Positions 1 through 11,497 of a DNA stretch of 45,527 nucleotides are shown here, in pieces. The DNA is from Hyphochytrium catenoides (taxonomy: Eukaryota > Protista > Hyphochytriomycota). The number at the start of each line of letters is the position of its first letter. Position 1 is the stretch's first letter. The position numbers were made by a program, and so were the translations under genes. Below the pieces are notes generated by a model that saw nothing but the letters and a program-made list of their open reading frames with translations, had not been told where the DNA came from and made no database searches. The DNA is taken from positions 1 through 45,527 of the forward strand of contig FLMG01002722.1 in NCBI GenBank assembly GCA_900088475.1, written 5' to 3'.

Positions 1-60
1 GAGAGAGAGAGAGAGAGAGAGAGGAAAGAGGGAGAGAGAAAGAAAGAAAAGAGAGAAAGA
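1..60. repeat. (GA)n microsatellite / purine tract
   Basis: Perfect (GA)11 at 1-22 followed by a degenerate GA/GAAA tract. Confidence 0.9.
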
Positions 61-174
61 ACCGGGCTTTACATGGAAAAGTGATAGGGGAACTCTCAGA
101 CATCAAGAGGGAAAAGGGAGAGAGAGACAAAGACTGATCGGGGGAAGAGGACTAAGCTCTCTCGCTCTGGGGAC

Positions 175-480
175 CTACTCCGATGAACGCTTTCCCGTCT
201 CTCTCTCTACCGCTGACTCCTTGGCTGCTATGGAGAGAATGTCTGCGACATCTTGCTTAGAAGTCTCTCCACTCTTCTCTCTCTCTTTCTCTCTTCTCTT
301 CTCTTGACCTTTCTCTGCTGTTTCTCTCGCCACTGACTGCAGGACAGAGGTGACGGACGGGCCTGACGTCTCTCCCTCTCTCTCCTTCGGTGTCTCTTCC
401 ACTTTTGCCGTCTTCTCTCTCTCTCTTTTGATCTCGGCGGCGGAAGCGGACAGGATCTGAGAAATCTCCATCGACGCCAA
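175..480 (-). CDS. Probable exon of an unidentified minus-strand gene that may extend past the window start (Glu/Lys/Arg-rich, three similar amphipathic helices)
   Basis: The ORF contains three related segments (ISQILSASAAEI, VTSVLQSVARET, VADILSIAAKES) separated by charged linkers. A possible GTAGGT donor at its 3' end is followed by a CT-rich, intron-like tract on the minus strand. No family recognised; exon boundaries unresolved. Confidence 0.3.
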   Translation of the reverse strand: MASMEISQILSASAAEIKREREKTAKVEETPKEREGETSGPSVTSVLQSVARETAEKGQEKRREKEREKSGETSKQDVADILSIAAKESAVERETGKRSSE

Positions 481-658
481 GGCGCGATACGGCTACTGTC
501 AGCTCCCTCTCTCGTCTGTCTCTCTCTTTCTCTTCTCTTCTCTCTCTGTCTCTCTTTTGCTGTCTCTCTTTCTCTGTCTCTCTCTTATTGCCGCTCTTCC
601 TACTCCCTTTTCCTCTATTAGTCTCCTCTCTTTCTCCCTTTGTATCTCTTTGACTCTC

Positions 659-695
<37 letters not shown>

Positions 696-918
696 TCTTC
701 TGAGGTGGAATAGAGAGACACTAGCATCAGTGGCGAAGAAAATTTGTAGGCGAGAAAGGAGAGAGTTCAGGGCCGCGCTGCTTCGATGAGGTCAGGCAAG
801 ACTAGTATCGAAGGAGCGACTGGAAAAGCAAGGGAAAGACAAGTGAACCGCAGAAAGTACTCCGTGAAAGACGGACGAAGGGACATCAGAAAAGGCTCCC
901 GAGCTAGTCAGGGAAAAC

Positions 919-921
<3 letters not shown>

Positions 922-960
<39 letters not shown>
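922..960. repeat. (AG)n microsatellite
   Basis: Uninterrupted AG dinucleotide run of about 19 units. Many other (GA)/(CT) runs occur, e.g. ~664-691, ~1162-1185, 1520-1544, ~27785-27805. Confidence 0.9.
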
Positions 961-967
<7 letters not shown>

Positions 968-1488
968 AGTGAGAAAGAAACGAAGGAGAAAGGCTGATGC
1001 TGGTTCTGAAAGGTCAATACAGGGGCGTTATAGGTAGTCGGTAACCGCTATAATATAAAGCCCAGATCAAGTCCCATATTACTGTTATCAGTAACCCGGG
1101 TAACCTATAAAGCAGACCCACTTTTGACGCATTGGAAGAGACAACGAGAGAGAGAGAGGAAGAGAGAGAGAGAGAGAGAGAGAGAGCCGAGGAAAAGACT
1201 AGGGTGAGAGAGTGAGAGAGAGAGAAAGAGAACATAGAGAGGACAAGAGCAAAACAGAGAGAGAGAGAAGGGAGCAAAGCAATGAACCACGAAGATCCAC
1301 CAGTTTTTGACTTATAGCCTTCATTATCTTCTGCAGCTAGGGAAAGCTGGAGATCTGAGAGACGGAGACTGCGTGAGAGAGGGGAGAGAAAGAGAGCAAA
1401 GAGAGACATCAGAAACCGAAGGAAGAAAGGGGAAAAGTAGCGAAGAGCAGCTAGGAAGAAAGGAAGAAAGGAGAGGCTGAGATGCACT

Positions 1489-1519
1489 NNNNNNNNNNNN
1501 NNNNNNNNNNNNNNNNNNN
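1489..1519. other. Assembly gap (31 N)
   Basis: Run of N flanked on the right by a (GA)n tract. Confidence 0.98.
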
Positions 1520-1555
<36 letters not shown>

Positions 1556-1605
1556 GAGAGAGAGAGATCGCGCGTGTGTGAGAGGAGAAGGAGAGGGTAG
1601 AGGAT

Positions 1606-4600
1606 GTGCTGCGGCTCCTGTTCGCCGCCCTCGAGGATGCAGCGGAGGTTCTCTGCGTGATGGAGTTAGAGAGACAGAGATCTGGCGGCGGCAGGAGGGA
1701 TAGGAGCTTGCCCAGGAGCGAGGAAGAGAGACAGTTTGAGCACGGGAAACATAGCAAAAGACGGCCGCACAAGTCCCACCGAGACGCCAGCAGAGGGTCA
1801 GAAGATGGAAATAGGAGAGATCGAGAGCAAGGCGACTCTCGAGGGAGAGGTAACTCTTTTCCTCCCGTATTTTCGCCTCTCTGTCCTTCCTTCCTCTCTC
1901 TCTCTCTCTCTCCCTCTCCCTCTCTCTCTCTGTCTTTCTCTGTCACTCTCTCTCTCTCCCTCGCTCTCTTTCTTTCTCTCCCTCTCTGTGTGTCTCTCTC
2001 TGCGCCTCTCTCTCTAACGAGCCTGGTTCTCCTTGCTCTTGTTGTCTCTCTTTCTCTTACTCTCTTTTCTCTCTCTTACTCTCCGTGCTTTCTCCTGTCT
2101 GGGATGCCAGACCATCATTTGGGTGCGAGCGGCGTCGCCCAGGAGCCGGGTGGAGGAGAAAATGACTTCGTTTTCTTAGGGACAGCAGGTAAGCAGGCGG
2201 TCTAGTTCTTTTCTCTCTCTTTCTCTCTATGTGCACTGCTGTCCCTTCTTGTCGCTTGTCGCTCTTTCACATCTTGCCTGCTCTCTCTGTGTATCTTCTT
2301 CGCACCCTCTCTCTCTCTCTTTTCTCTCTTCTCTTCCCTACTTCCTCCTCTTCTTTTCTTGCTGTCCCTCTCTTTGCCGTTCTTTCTTTATATCGCACCC
2401 TTCTTCTCATCTCTCTCTCTCTCTCTTTCTGCCTCTCCCTCTCCCAATCCGAAGAGCAAGAGGCCAAGGGCTTTAGAACGACAAGAAGTGCGATACGCAC
2501 GAGAAGCAGCGGAAGACGAAGAACGTCGAGCAGCCAAGGCGGTAACGGCCGTAGCCAGCACGCAGCTACGAGCGGAGGAACCTCTCTCTCTCTCTTGACA
2601 GATGATGAGGACTTTCTCTCTCTTGGAAGGCGGCATAGCTTAGGAAGCTTCCATCCTCTTGGCGGCTCTGTCTCCCAGCTCGTTGTAGGCTCTCCTCCCA
2701 CGGACTCCTGGCATATAGAGAGACCTGTCAACCCGAAGCCTTTGACGCGTCTCCTTTCTAGAGAGAGAAGACATAGCTTTGGTTCCGGGGGAGAGATAGA
2801 GAAAGATGAGGTGGAGAGAGAAGTAGACAACGTAGTTAGAGAAGCGGTAGCGAGGAGAAGCGGATCGTTGGGCCACTGTAAGTGCAGCCCAAGTGCTCCT
2901 CTTCTCTGTCTTCTTCTTTAAGCTCTTTCATTTCTTTCTCGCTCTTTCTCTCTCGCGTGGCCCTGCCCCACTTCGTTTTTCTTCTTGGCTACTGAGGTGC
3001 CATTTGCTCTCTCTTAACTTCCTCCTCCTCTCTCTTTTACTGTGTCTCTCTTTCTCTCTCTCTGCCTATCGTCAACCTATCTGGCTGTTTTTTCCAGTCT
3101 CTCTTGCACAAGCTCTTCTCTGCGCGTGACCTCTTATCTCTCCTCTCTCCCTTCTTCCTCTCGGTCCAGCGGGCTGGCGCAAGTTTAGAACATACAGTGC
3201 GGACAGTTCAGATGTAGAGTATCGGCGGCAGTTGGCGGCGAAGCAGTTAGAAGACACCGTCGACACTTTCGTACAGGAAGAAGACGATGAAGACGGTAGA
3301 AACGGGCTTCAAAGTCTCCCCATAGTCCTTTTTCTTTCTCTCTTCTCTTTTCTCTCCCTCTCTCTCTCTCTTTCTCTCTCTCTCTCCTCTCTCGCTCTCG
3401 CTCTCTACGTGTTGTCTGCGAGAGTTGTATACTGTTCCCTTCGCTTAACGCTTCCTGAATGATTTTCTACCTGCCAAACTGCCTCCATCACGGCGCAGAC
3501 TCCCTCCTTCCCTCAGATCCAGGGATTCTCCATTCTCCATAGTCAACAAGTGGCACGGGAACTAACCTTCTCTGATCCCGTACTTCCTTCTTGTCCCCAC
3601 GACCTAGTGGAATCTCAGCATTCAGGGCTGGAGGAGGCTGGTCAAGAGGAGGAGATAAAGAATGAAGTCACACAGGACACCGCGAACGTCCTGCAGACGG
3701 AAGACGGGAGAGAGGAAGAGAGCAAAGAGTCGTCATCCCTTTCTCCTTCTTCTCACGCTCTTCCACCTCCACCCCCACCTGTAAAGATGTCCATCCCTTG
3801 GGCCAAGCTCGTCTCACAGTCTCTTCAGCCTCGGACAGACAGCGATCTTCACGCTGCGGGAGAGCTCCGCCTTCCTATCTGGTGCAAAAAGCCTAAGATC
3901 TACTTACGGGACGACCTCCCGATCCCTGTCCTGCTCCACCAAGAGATTGAGGAGTATGTATTCTATGTAAAAACAGAGGTGTCACGCCTGCAGCTGCGCA
4001 TCGATAGCAGCATAGAGAAGGTAAGGAGAAGCGTCTCCTCTCTTTGGGCTGGCGCTTCCGTGGAAGTGTTTGGAAGCTTCGCCACAGGACTCTGGCTCCC
4101 TAGCAGTGACCTAGACCTCGTCGTGATGGGCGTTGCCTCAGACCAAGATCGCTCCTCCTGCCTGCAATGCCTTCAGAAGGTGGTAGAAGCTCTGAGGGGG
4201 CAGCCCTGGGTGGCGTCGATACACTTGGTAGATACAGCGAAGGTGCCAGTTGTGAAGCTCCAGACGCATGAGAGCCCTGTGCCCATTGATATCACCATAG
4301 AGACGGCCAGCACACACAGCGGGCTCATTGCAAAGGACATGGTCCTGCAGTACATCCGTGAGCTACCAGAGATCTTCCCGTTGATCGTTGTGCTGAAGCA
4401 GTTCTTAAGGGAGAGAGGCCTGAATGACGCCTACACTGGTGGCCTCAGCAGCTATTCCATAGTCCTGATGACCGTATTCTTCATCCAGCTGCGGAAGCTG
4501 AAGAAGAGCTCGATAGAGAGGTATGAGGCCGTCCTCGCCTATGCTGGAGGCGGAACCGTACCGCCAGAGCTTCTTCACCCTCCTCCTTTGAACAGCCAGG

Positions 4601-5325
4601 GCAAGGTCAATGGAGAGCTGAAGGAGAGAGACAGAGCTAGCGGAGTCAAAGAAGAGAAAGGCGTCCTGAGTCCTTCAAAAGAAGAAGAGAAGATGAAGCC
4701 GCCGAACTCTTACGCTGCAATTGCGAAAAAGATGCTCCAGGAAGGCGGTGGAAAGACTGACGTCGAGAAAAAGAGTGATCCTCCTCTCTCCTTAGCCGCC
4801 TCTTCCACCACTGCTGGTTCTCGTACGGCATGGTCCAAAGAGGCAGCATCTTCCCATGCTCATGAGGGGAAGGGCCCCGCTCTCTCTGCTCCAGGTCCCA
4901 AAGAGGAGAGAGACGTAGAGCCTACAGAGAATATCTTGGGAGACTGTCTCATCGAGTTCTTGGAGCTTTATGGCACAATTTTTGACTTCGCCTCCTGCGG
5001 GATTTCTGTGCGGGAGGATGGTTATGTCTACCGCTTGGCTGCACCATTTGCCGCGCGGGACAACATGCACAGCCCGCCGCTTCTCATCATTGATGATCCC
5101 GTACATTCCGGGCACAATGTCGGAGCCAGCACCTTCGCTCTTCCACGGATAATCTCTGTTTTTGAAGACGCCTACTACGCCCTCAAGTTCTTCCGAAGAA
5201 CTCCAATACTGCCAACGCCCCTGAGCTACCTCGTGAACCCGAGCTTTAGAGCTTCGACTCCAGCGAGCAGGCAACCGAAGGAAGAGTATCGGGATAGTAC
5301 GGATCGCGCGGTAGGAAGGAGTTAA
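1606..5325 (+). CDS. TRF4: Non-canonical poly(A) polymerase, TRF4/PAPD5 (TENT4)-like; multi-exon, 5' end uncertain
   Basis: The last exon (~3550-5325) has the Pol-beta nucleotidyltransferase signature FGSFATGLWLPSSDLDLVV, the third Asp in PIDITI, GGLSSY, and a PAP-associated domain (LGDCLIEFLELYG..FDF..ISVR..LIIDDP..HNVG). Phase-compatible upstream exons: ~1600-1849, 2111-2188, 2455-2877, 3170-~3270/3295. The junction into the last exon and the start (next to the gap) are unresolved. Confidence 0.85.
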
Positions 5326-6983
5326 AAGAGTTGAACATTAATTGGTTTATAGCCAAATGTCTGAGAGCTCTGGGCCTGACCTCCTACAGAAGCTTTGGAG
5401 TCTCAAGATATTTAGCAGCCAGAGCCGTCCCTCTCTGAGGCTGCGATAATATTTAATAAAGGCACTGCCGTGATCTTCAACCTCTTATCTTGGCACTATC
5501 TTAGTGCATGGGAAGCGCCGTGACTGCAGGCAACGCGGGGAGCTGCTTGTCTCTGTTGTGTGGCTCCGTGAATGGCAGGTGTTGGCGTCAAGGTGATCTC
5601 TAGAGGTGCCTCGCTTTGGCAATCGCTGCCAGGGCTGGCTGGCTGCTCAATGTGGAGATAATGGATACATTGGTTCTACAGTAGGTGAGCCTCTTTCCGT
5701 ATCAAGAGCTTGCTGAGGGCTGTGACGCCAATAGTCCTCCAAGTAGTCGATGGACTAGGCTGGACGATAATTCCCTTAGCTAAACGTGCCTCGTCTGACT
5801 GTCACCTGCAGCCAAGCCGCAGAGTGCTTCTCCCTCATCTGCAGTCCGCTCTTTGACAATCAGACCTTACACACTCACTGTCAACTGTGGCGATACCATT
5901 GGCTTGTTCTTAGAAGCAGCCATCGGAAGGCGAGTATCAGTATCCTTTCCTATAGATGTATTGATATTAAAGGCCTGGGAGCACAACGGAAGCCTCGTCT
6001 TCTGCAACTGCCTTTGGGATGGTATCTACCTTCTATCACCACCAAGCTCCTCACATCTGGGGACTAGGCAACACACTTGGAGTACGCCTAGTGCACCCCT
6101 TTACCGTCGTGTCAGGACTATAGGTCAAAAGAGATTGTCAAGGGTGAGAGATGTGGATAAGCAGCGTGGTATGTCCGTCTGTTGGCCTGACAGCTGGTGC
6201 TCAAGTGGGAAAATTGACGGGAAGGCCAGCGCCAGATCAGAATTTGATAGAGTCATTGGTAAGAGGCTTTAAGTACAGAAACCAATATAGCTTGTCAATG
6301 TTCAAGAACCACTTAAAGCCTCACTAGTAAGTGCACTTTCATACTTTCTTGGGACGACGGAGATCAGAGATCAGAGAAGAGCAAACAGGCCATTCTCTGT
6401 CTGCCAAAGAGAGAACGCTGTGCACCTGAAGAAGATAGGAGTCTAATGCTATACAGAGAGCTTTGCTCAGGTCTTTGGCTTCACTAATAGAAGACTTCTC
6501 TCCTCCTTTCTCGCCTCTGAGGATGATTGCTGGTGGCCGGACATGCGGCGGCCGAGGTCCTCCGTTCTGATTAATCTCTGGGATAGTAGCGCGGCCAGCA
6601 GCTCATGAAGGGTGCGGATGGTAACTTAGAGGCTAGCATGGGGCACCTCTATGAGGCGTTCCGTGGTGCAGATGTGCTCCTGCACACATCTTTTAGGATT
6701 ATCTACCTCATGGCATGCTGCGCAGGCTTGCACTATGTGGTTGGCAGTGAGCCTAACTGGACCAGCATTAGAATTGTCGTCCCGCAGTCTCTCGAGCAGC
6801 TGTTAACCTCAGTCATTGGTCACCAGGTATAACTCTTCTTCCGATGACCCTCAAACTCTAAAATATCAGCTTATCTCTTGCTCTGGGCAGTTTCCCCTTG
6901 CTCTGCCAAACGCTCTGCTTCCCCCTCATCCGGCAGTTCTTAACGCTTCACCTTTGTCATTCGACGCCTTCTATCCCTGAGAA

Positions 6984-9900
6984 ATGCATAGTCTTCACGT
7001 CCAGACCGCCCCCAGCCTCTTCATTTCCGGCTATGCTTTAAAACTGGCAGGCACAGTCCTGTTTCTTCAGTTAGTCTACTGACACTCCACTGGCCTTTCT
7101 CGTCCTTCTCTTCTCTTGTCCTTGTGCTTCCTCATACTTGCCTTCCAGCCGCCGCTTCGTCTGGACTCCCTGGCTCTCATTGTCGCGCTCTCGGTGCTCT
7201 TTGTGTCGATGGCGATCGCGGAGAGTTCGAGAGGCGAATCTGATCTCTTCCTAAACACGGCGCTTGGGCTGGTGTTCTCCTCTCTCATCGCCCTCCTCTA
7301 TAAACAACAGAGCTATCACCGACCTCATGCTCCTCAGAGGCTCCATCACCAGCAGGATTATCTCGAAAGAGTGCTTGAGAATGGGAGCAATGTAGGTAAA
7401 GAGAGAGTTCTGGAAAGGACACGGAGGAGAAGGAAGAAGGAGCGCCTTAAGACTGTGCAGACTGAGGAGAATACGGTTGACCTGACAGGAGAGGAGAGCA
7501 GCAATGGAAGTCTCTCTCCGCCAAGTTCTTTAGACGAGGACGGAGAATCGACTCTCGCAGACAGTGGCTCTGGCATGGAGGTTGGACCTTCCTCTTACTT
7601 CATCGCTATTCGGTCTGTTTCTGTTGCCGCCTTCGTATGAGAAGAGCCCTGGATCTTCGCTCGGACTCTCTCTGCTTGGCACTGTCCCGTCCCTGTTATC
7701 AATCGATCCATCTCTCTGCCTTTTGGTCACTCTACTCTCTGTCTTGCCCTCTCCTTCTTTCTTTCTCTGTCTCTCTCTTTCGCCCTCTCTCTCTCTATCT
7801 ATATATATGTGTACCCGTGTTAACCGGTCTTGTCCCATGCACACCGTTTTGGATTCCTTTCTTGATGGCTCTGTAGGGCCCTTACTCTCTCTTACGGAGC
7901 TATAGCCGGCGTTGTTCACTCTTTCAATTACCCTGATCGTATTCCTGCACCTTTACCATGCTTTCGCTAAGTCTCCTCTCTCCTTGTCTTTACTCTAGAA
8001 CCTAGGGAACACATGCTTCGCAAACTCTATCATTCAGTGCCTTCGCTATGCCCCTGGCTTGGTGGTGATGCTACAGACGGAATATAGGCTGAAGCAGATT
8101 AGAGAAGGAGGAGCACCGAAGAAAGAGAAAGAGAGAAGAGAAGAAGAAGTGCTTATTTCTTTTCTAGATCTTGTTGTTGACGCTAGAAGAGATAGCTTTC
8201 TCTCTCCTGTGGACCCATCAAACTTCTTCCTCGCTTGCAGCAGGGTTGAAAGCCTGGGGAATCTGGTAGGAGAATGCTAAGCCAACACCCATGACTCTAT
8301 CTCCAAGTCTTCTCTCATACGATTTCCCTCTCCATCGCGTCCCATGGAAACTGTCTTTGTTTTTCTTCCGGACGAAGCTTACCTTTTACCCTTTGTCGCC
8401 ATCAGAACTTCTTTCTTCTCCCCTTCGTCTTTCCTGTCAACGACATCTATTTTATTTCGCTATTCTTTGCTGTCTTTCTCCCTCTTTTCTCACTCCCTCG
8501 TGGGTTTACTCCCTTCTATGTATCTGTGAGGCTTCCCCTATAATAGCCGACCCGTCTTGTACCGAAGTGTCTGTCCCCCTTCGCGTCTCGTCTGTGCTGC
8601 TTCAGCTTTTGGATTGGGTTCCTTACTCTATAGCAGAGTTTGGAGCGTTGTTCTATGCCAGTTAGAGAACGTTATCTCTGCTTTTTCAGTCACTTAAACT
8701 CCTTCGGCATCCCCTGTCACGTCCGCCTCACCCTTCTGTGACTCTTTCTCATGAAATTGGTTCTCCGTAGATCGAGCGGCCGCCCTCAAAGTGGTTTTCT
8801 TCTCAGACCCTCCAAATGCAGCAGGATGCATCTGTAAGCTCTATATGTCTTGCATCTCTCTAGCCACTTCCTTCCTCTCACCTTCTCCTTTCCTTCCCAC
8901 TTGTCGGGCATCCGTTTTCCTTTCCAGTGTTAGGGTGACTCTCCTACTTTTCCTTCTCTCTCTCACATGTGCTTTCTACGGCTCTTCGTTGGTGACCTCT
9001 CTTCTCCTTGCTCCTTAGGAGTTCCTCTCCCATCTCTTGGAAACAATGCACGACGTTCTGCGTCGCTCTCCGCGTCGGTTGAGCCAAGCTGAAGCTGAAC
9101 ACCATGAGAGCGTTGTCAGGAGTTGCTCCAACGTCCTACGCAACTGCACTTCAGACAAGCCCAGGACTTACATGACAGCCGTCCGTACGTCACTCTCCCT
9201 ACTGTCTTTTTACCTAAGGCTCTTTTGCTATCCCGTTAGCCGTGCCCCTTGTTTGTTACTATGGCCACCTAGAAGTGATACATGCTGAACATATTGTCTT
9301 CCCTCTATATGGGCTGTCAGTCTACCTTTCTTTCCCACACGATCTCCTGTTTGCCTCCTCTCATCTCCGCCTTTGGGTCGCTCTCTCTTGTTGCAGAGAA
9401 GCTCTCAACTCTCGCTTGGCTGGAGCACTGCCGCAAGGAGAGCAGTGCCATCACCGACTATTTCTCAGGTCAGATGGTCAGGGGCTGCCGGTGCCTGAAA
9501 TGTAACGGCCTGTCCTGCAGCCACCAGGAGTTCAGGTGCGCCAGAAACCCGTTGGCAATGCACCTTTGTTCCTGCTGTCCTTCCTACTTCTACAGAGTGC
9601 TTCAACTTGGCCTTTCGTTCTTCATCTCTTCCCCGGCGTCTCGCCAAAGACATCTTTCTTCAATTCTCTCAAGGCCGGCCCGCCCTCAGGGTCACAGCCA
9701 CGGTTCTCTCTCTCTTTGCTTCGCACCTTAGTTGCTCCCTAATTCTTTTTGGACTGTGCGCTCCGTGCTTGCACTCCATCCCTTAGTGGATGTCTGCTTT
9801 TTCGCCGCTCAACCTTCCTTTCATGCCGTTCCTTCAGGCTCCTTCCTCTTGACATAGAAGCGAAGGACGGGAGCACGACGCTGTTGGACTGCCTGCTGAA

Positions 9901-10963
9901 TCTCACAGCTGCCCAGCAACTGACAGGACCAGACCAAAGAATATGTGAAGGTCGACCCTCATTTCCCTTTGCCCTGTTTGGAGGCGCCTAAGAGCTGGAG
10001 CCTATGGACTTTTCTTATGGCTTCTCGCTCTATTAGACAGTCGCACTTCCAAAGCCCGTCCTTCTCCTGTGGAAATCGCTCTCAATTACGGACTGCTAAA
10101 GTTCTCAAAGAGGGCTCTCCTTTCTGTATCTTGCGCATACAGGGCACTGTGGCAACGTGAAGTCGGACAGTGAGACTCAGGTTCTTCTCCAGCGTCTTCC
10201 TCCCTGTCTCGTCTTGCAGCTCCAGCGCTTCAAGCAGTCATATAATAGCGACTACACAGGTGCTAACCGTGTTATTTTCATGGCCTACTTTTACACCTCC
10301 TGTCCTTGCTGCGCATACTTCCCTTTCATCCACTTGATCCTGTGCCCACTGAATACTTCCGTGGCCGATTGTTTGCTGCCGGTTCTCAACTTTCCCCTTC
10401 TCCGCCATCTCTTCTTCTTCCGTTTGGTATCTCTCTCTTTCTCCTTTCTCTTTTCCCCTCTCTTCACCTGTTCCGTTTACTTAGCAAAGCAGTTTATTCC
10501 CTTCACTCCCACCTCTTTCTCACGTCACATGGTCTCTGTATCTCGTCCTATGTACGGCGTCAACCGTCCTTCCTTCCTAGAGATGATAGTGGAGAAGGAA
10601 CACACCCGAGTAGAGGTTCCCATTGACGGCTTAGACCTTACGGAGCTTTTGATAGAGCGAGGGGACAGGAAGCCGCCGCTTTATGACCTCTTCGCCATCT
10701 GCGCCCACAGAGGGAGAAGTATGGATTCAGGCCATTACATTGCCTACTGCAGAAGCCTGCATGGCGGAGCGTTGGATAGGAGAACGTTAGGGAAGAAATC
10801 AGCAGAAATAGAAAGGAAGAAGTCGCGGTGGTTCAAGTATAACGACAGCGACATCTCAGTCGTCTCCGAGGAGGAGCTGCAGGAACAGACAGAGAGGGAC
10901 TCATACCTCCTCTTCTACTTTCGAAGGGACTGTCCCAGAGAGAAAGACGGGCTGGATCTATAG
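6984..10963 (+). CDS. Ubiquitin-specific protease (peptidase C19/USP) with N-terminal hydrophobic segments; about 9 exons
   Basis: Splicing rebuilds the Cys box GME|NLGNTCFANSIIQCL (intron 7581-7998) and QQDAS|EFL (intron 8834-9018). Also present: Zn-ribbon CLKC...ICEGHC, LPPCLVLQLQRF, His box YDLFAICAHRGRSMDSGHYIAYC, and WFKYND. Exons: 7149-7580, 7999-8265, 8771-8833, 9019-9184, 9397-9535, 9838-9950, 10143-10259, 10581-10963. The first exon from ATG 6984 is tentative. Confidence 0.9.
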
Positions 10964-11497
10964 ACTCTGCAGTCACTCACACCGCTTCGCATCTCTCCTA
11001 TGATTAATTTATTGCCCTGTTCCCCCTCCTTGGGTCTACGACTCTTCCCCTCCATAGATGATAGCTCATTTATAGGGGAAGATGCTGTTGGCGAGGGGCG
11101 AGGCAAATAATGAGACGAAGATGAAACTGTGACAATAGGTAAAAGGTCCAGTGGGCCTGAGCTCGTGCCGCAAGGGTCCAAAGGAGTAATAGACCAGGGT
11201 CTATTCTGCTGGCAGCCGGTCCTACCGCTCCCTTATTGCCTGGGTTACTGCGATAGTGTTGAGCCCGCATCACTCCTTCGCGAAAGCGTTCCTTTTATTA
11301 GATAGTTAGGCGCTGTCCTCGCTTTCGAAACGACTGCTAAGTGCCATAAAGCCCAGCATCCGAGTGCTGGCGGGTTCTCTCTGTGGGCGAGAAGCATTTT
11401 CCGCTTCCACCATCACTGCCTGCCTACAGAGGTGTCCTACAAGGACTAGATACGTAAAGACCAGCTCGGTTCTCTTCCGGCAATTGGCAAGATCAAT

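Noticed and set aside
257-2017. Long ERERE / SLSLSL ORFs (257-727, 786-1037, 1014-1946, 1736-2017)
   Set aside because: Largely open because (GA)n/(CT)n repeats lack stop codons; one spans the N gap.
5340-6900. Short ORFs between TRF4 and USP (e.g. 5853-6272, 6605-6832)
   Set aside because: No recognisable motif or consistent exon chain on either strand; a small gene cannot be excluded.
7080-7082. In-frame TGA between ATG 6984 and the USP frame as evidence of recoding
   Set aside because: It is removed by a frame-preserving GT-AG intron (donor 7056 or 7074, acceptor 7148) that has a clear pyrimidine tract.
11340-11380. Hairpin CCAGCA-TCCGAG-TGCTGG between convergent USP and TOP2
   Set aside because: A single short stem is expected by chance; no ncRNA family features.
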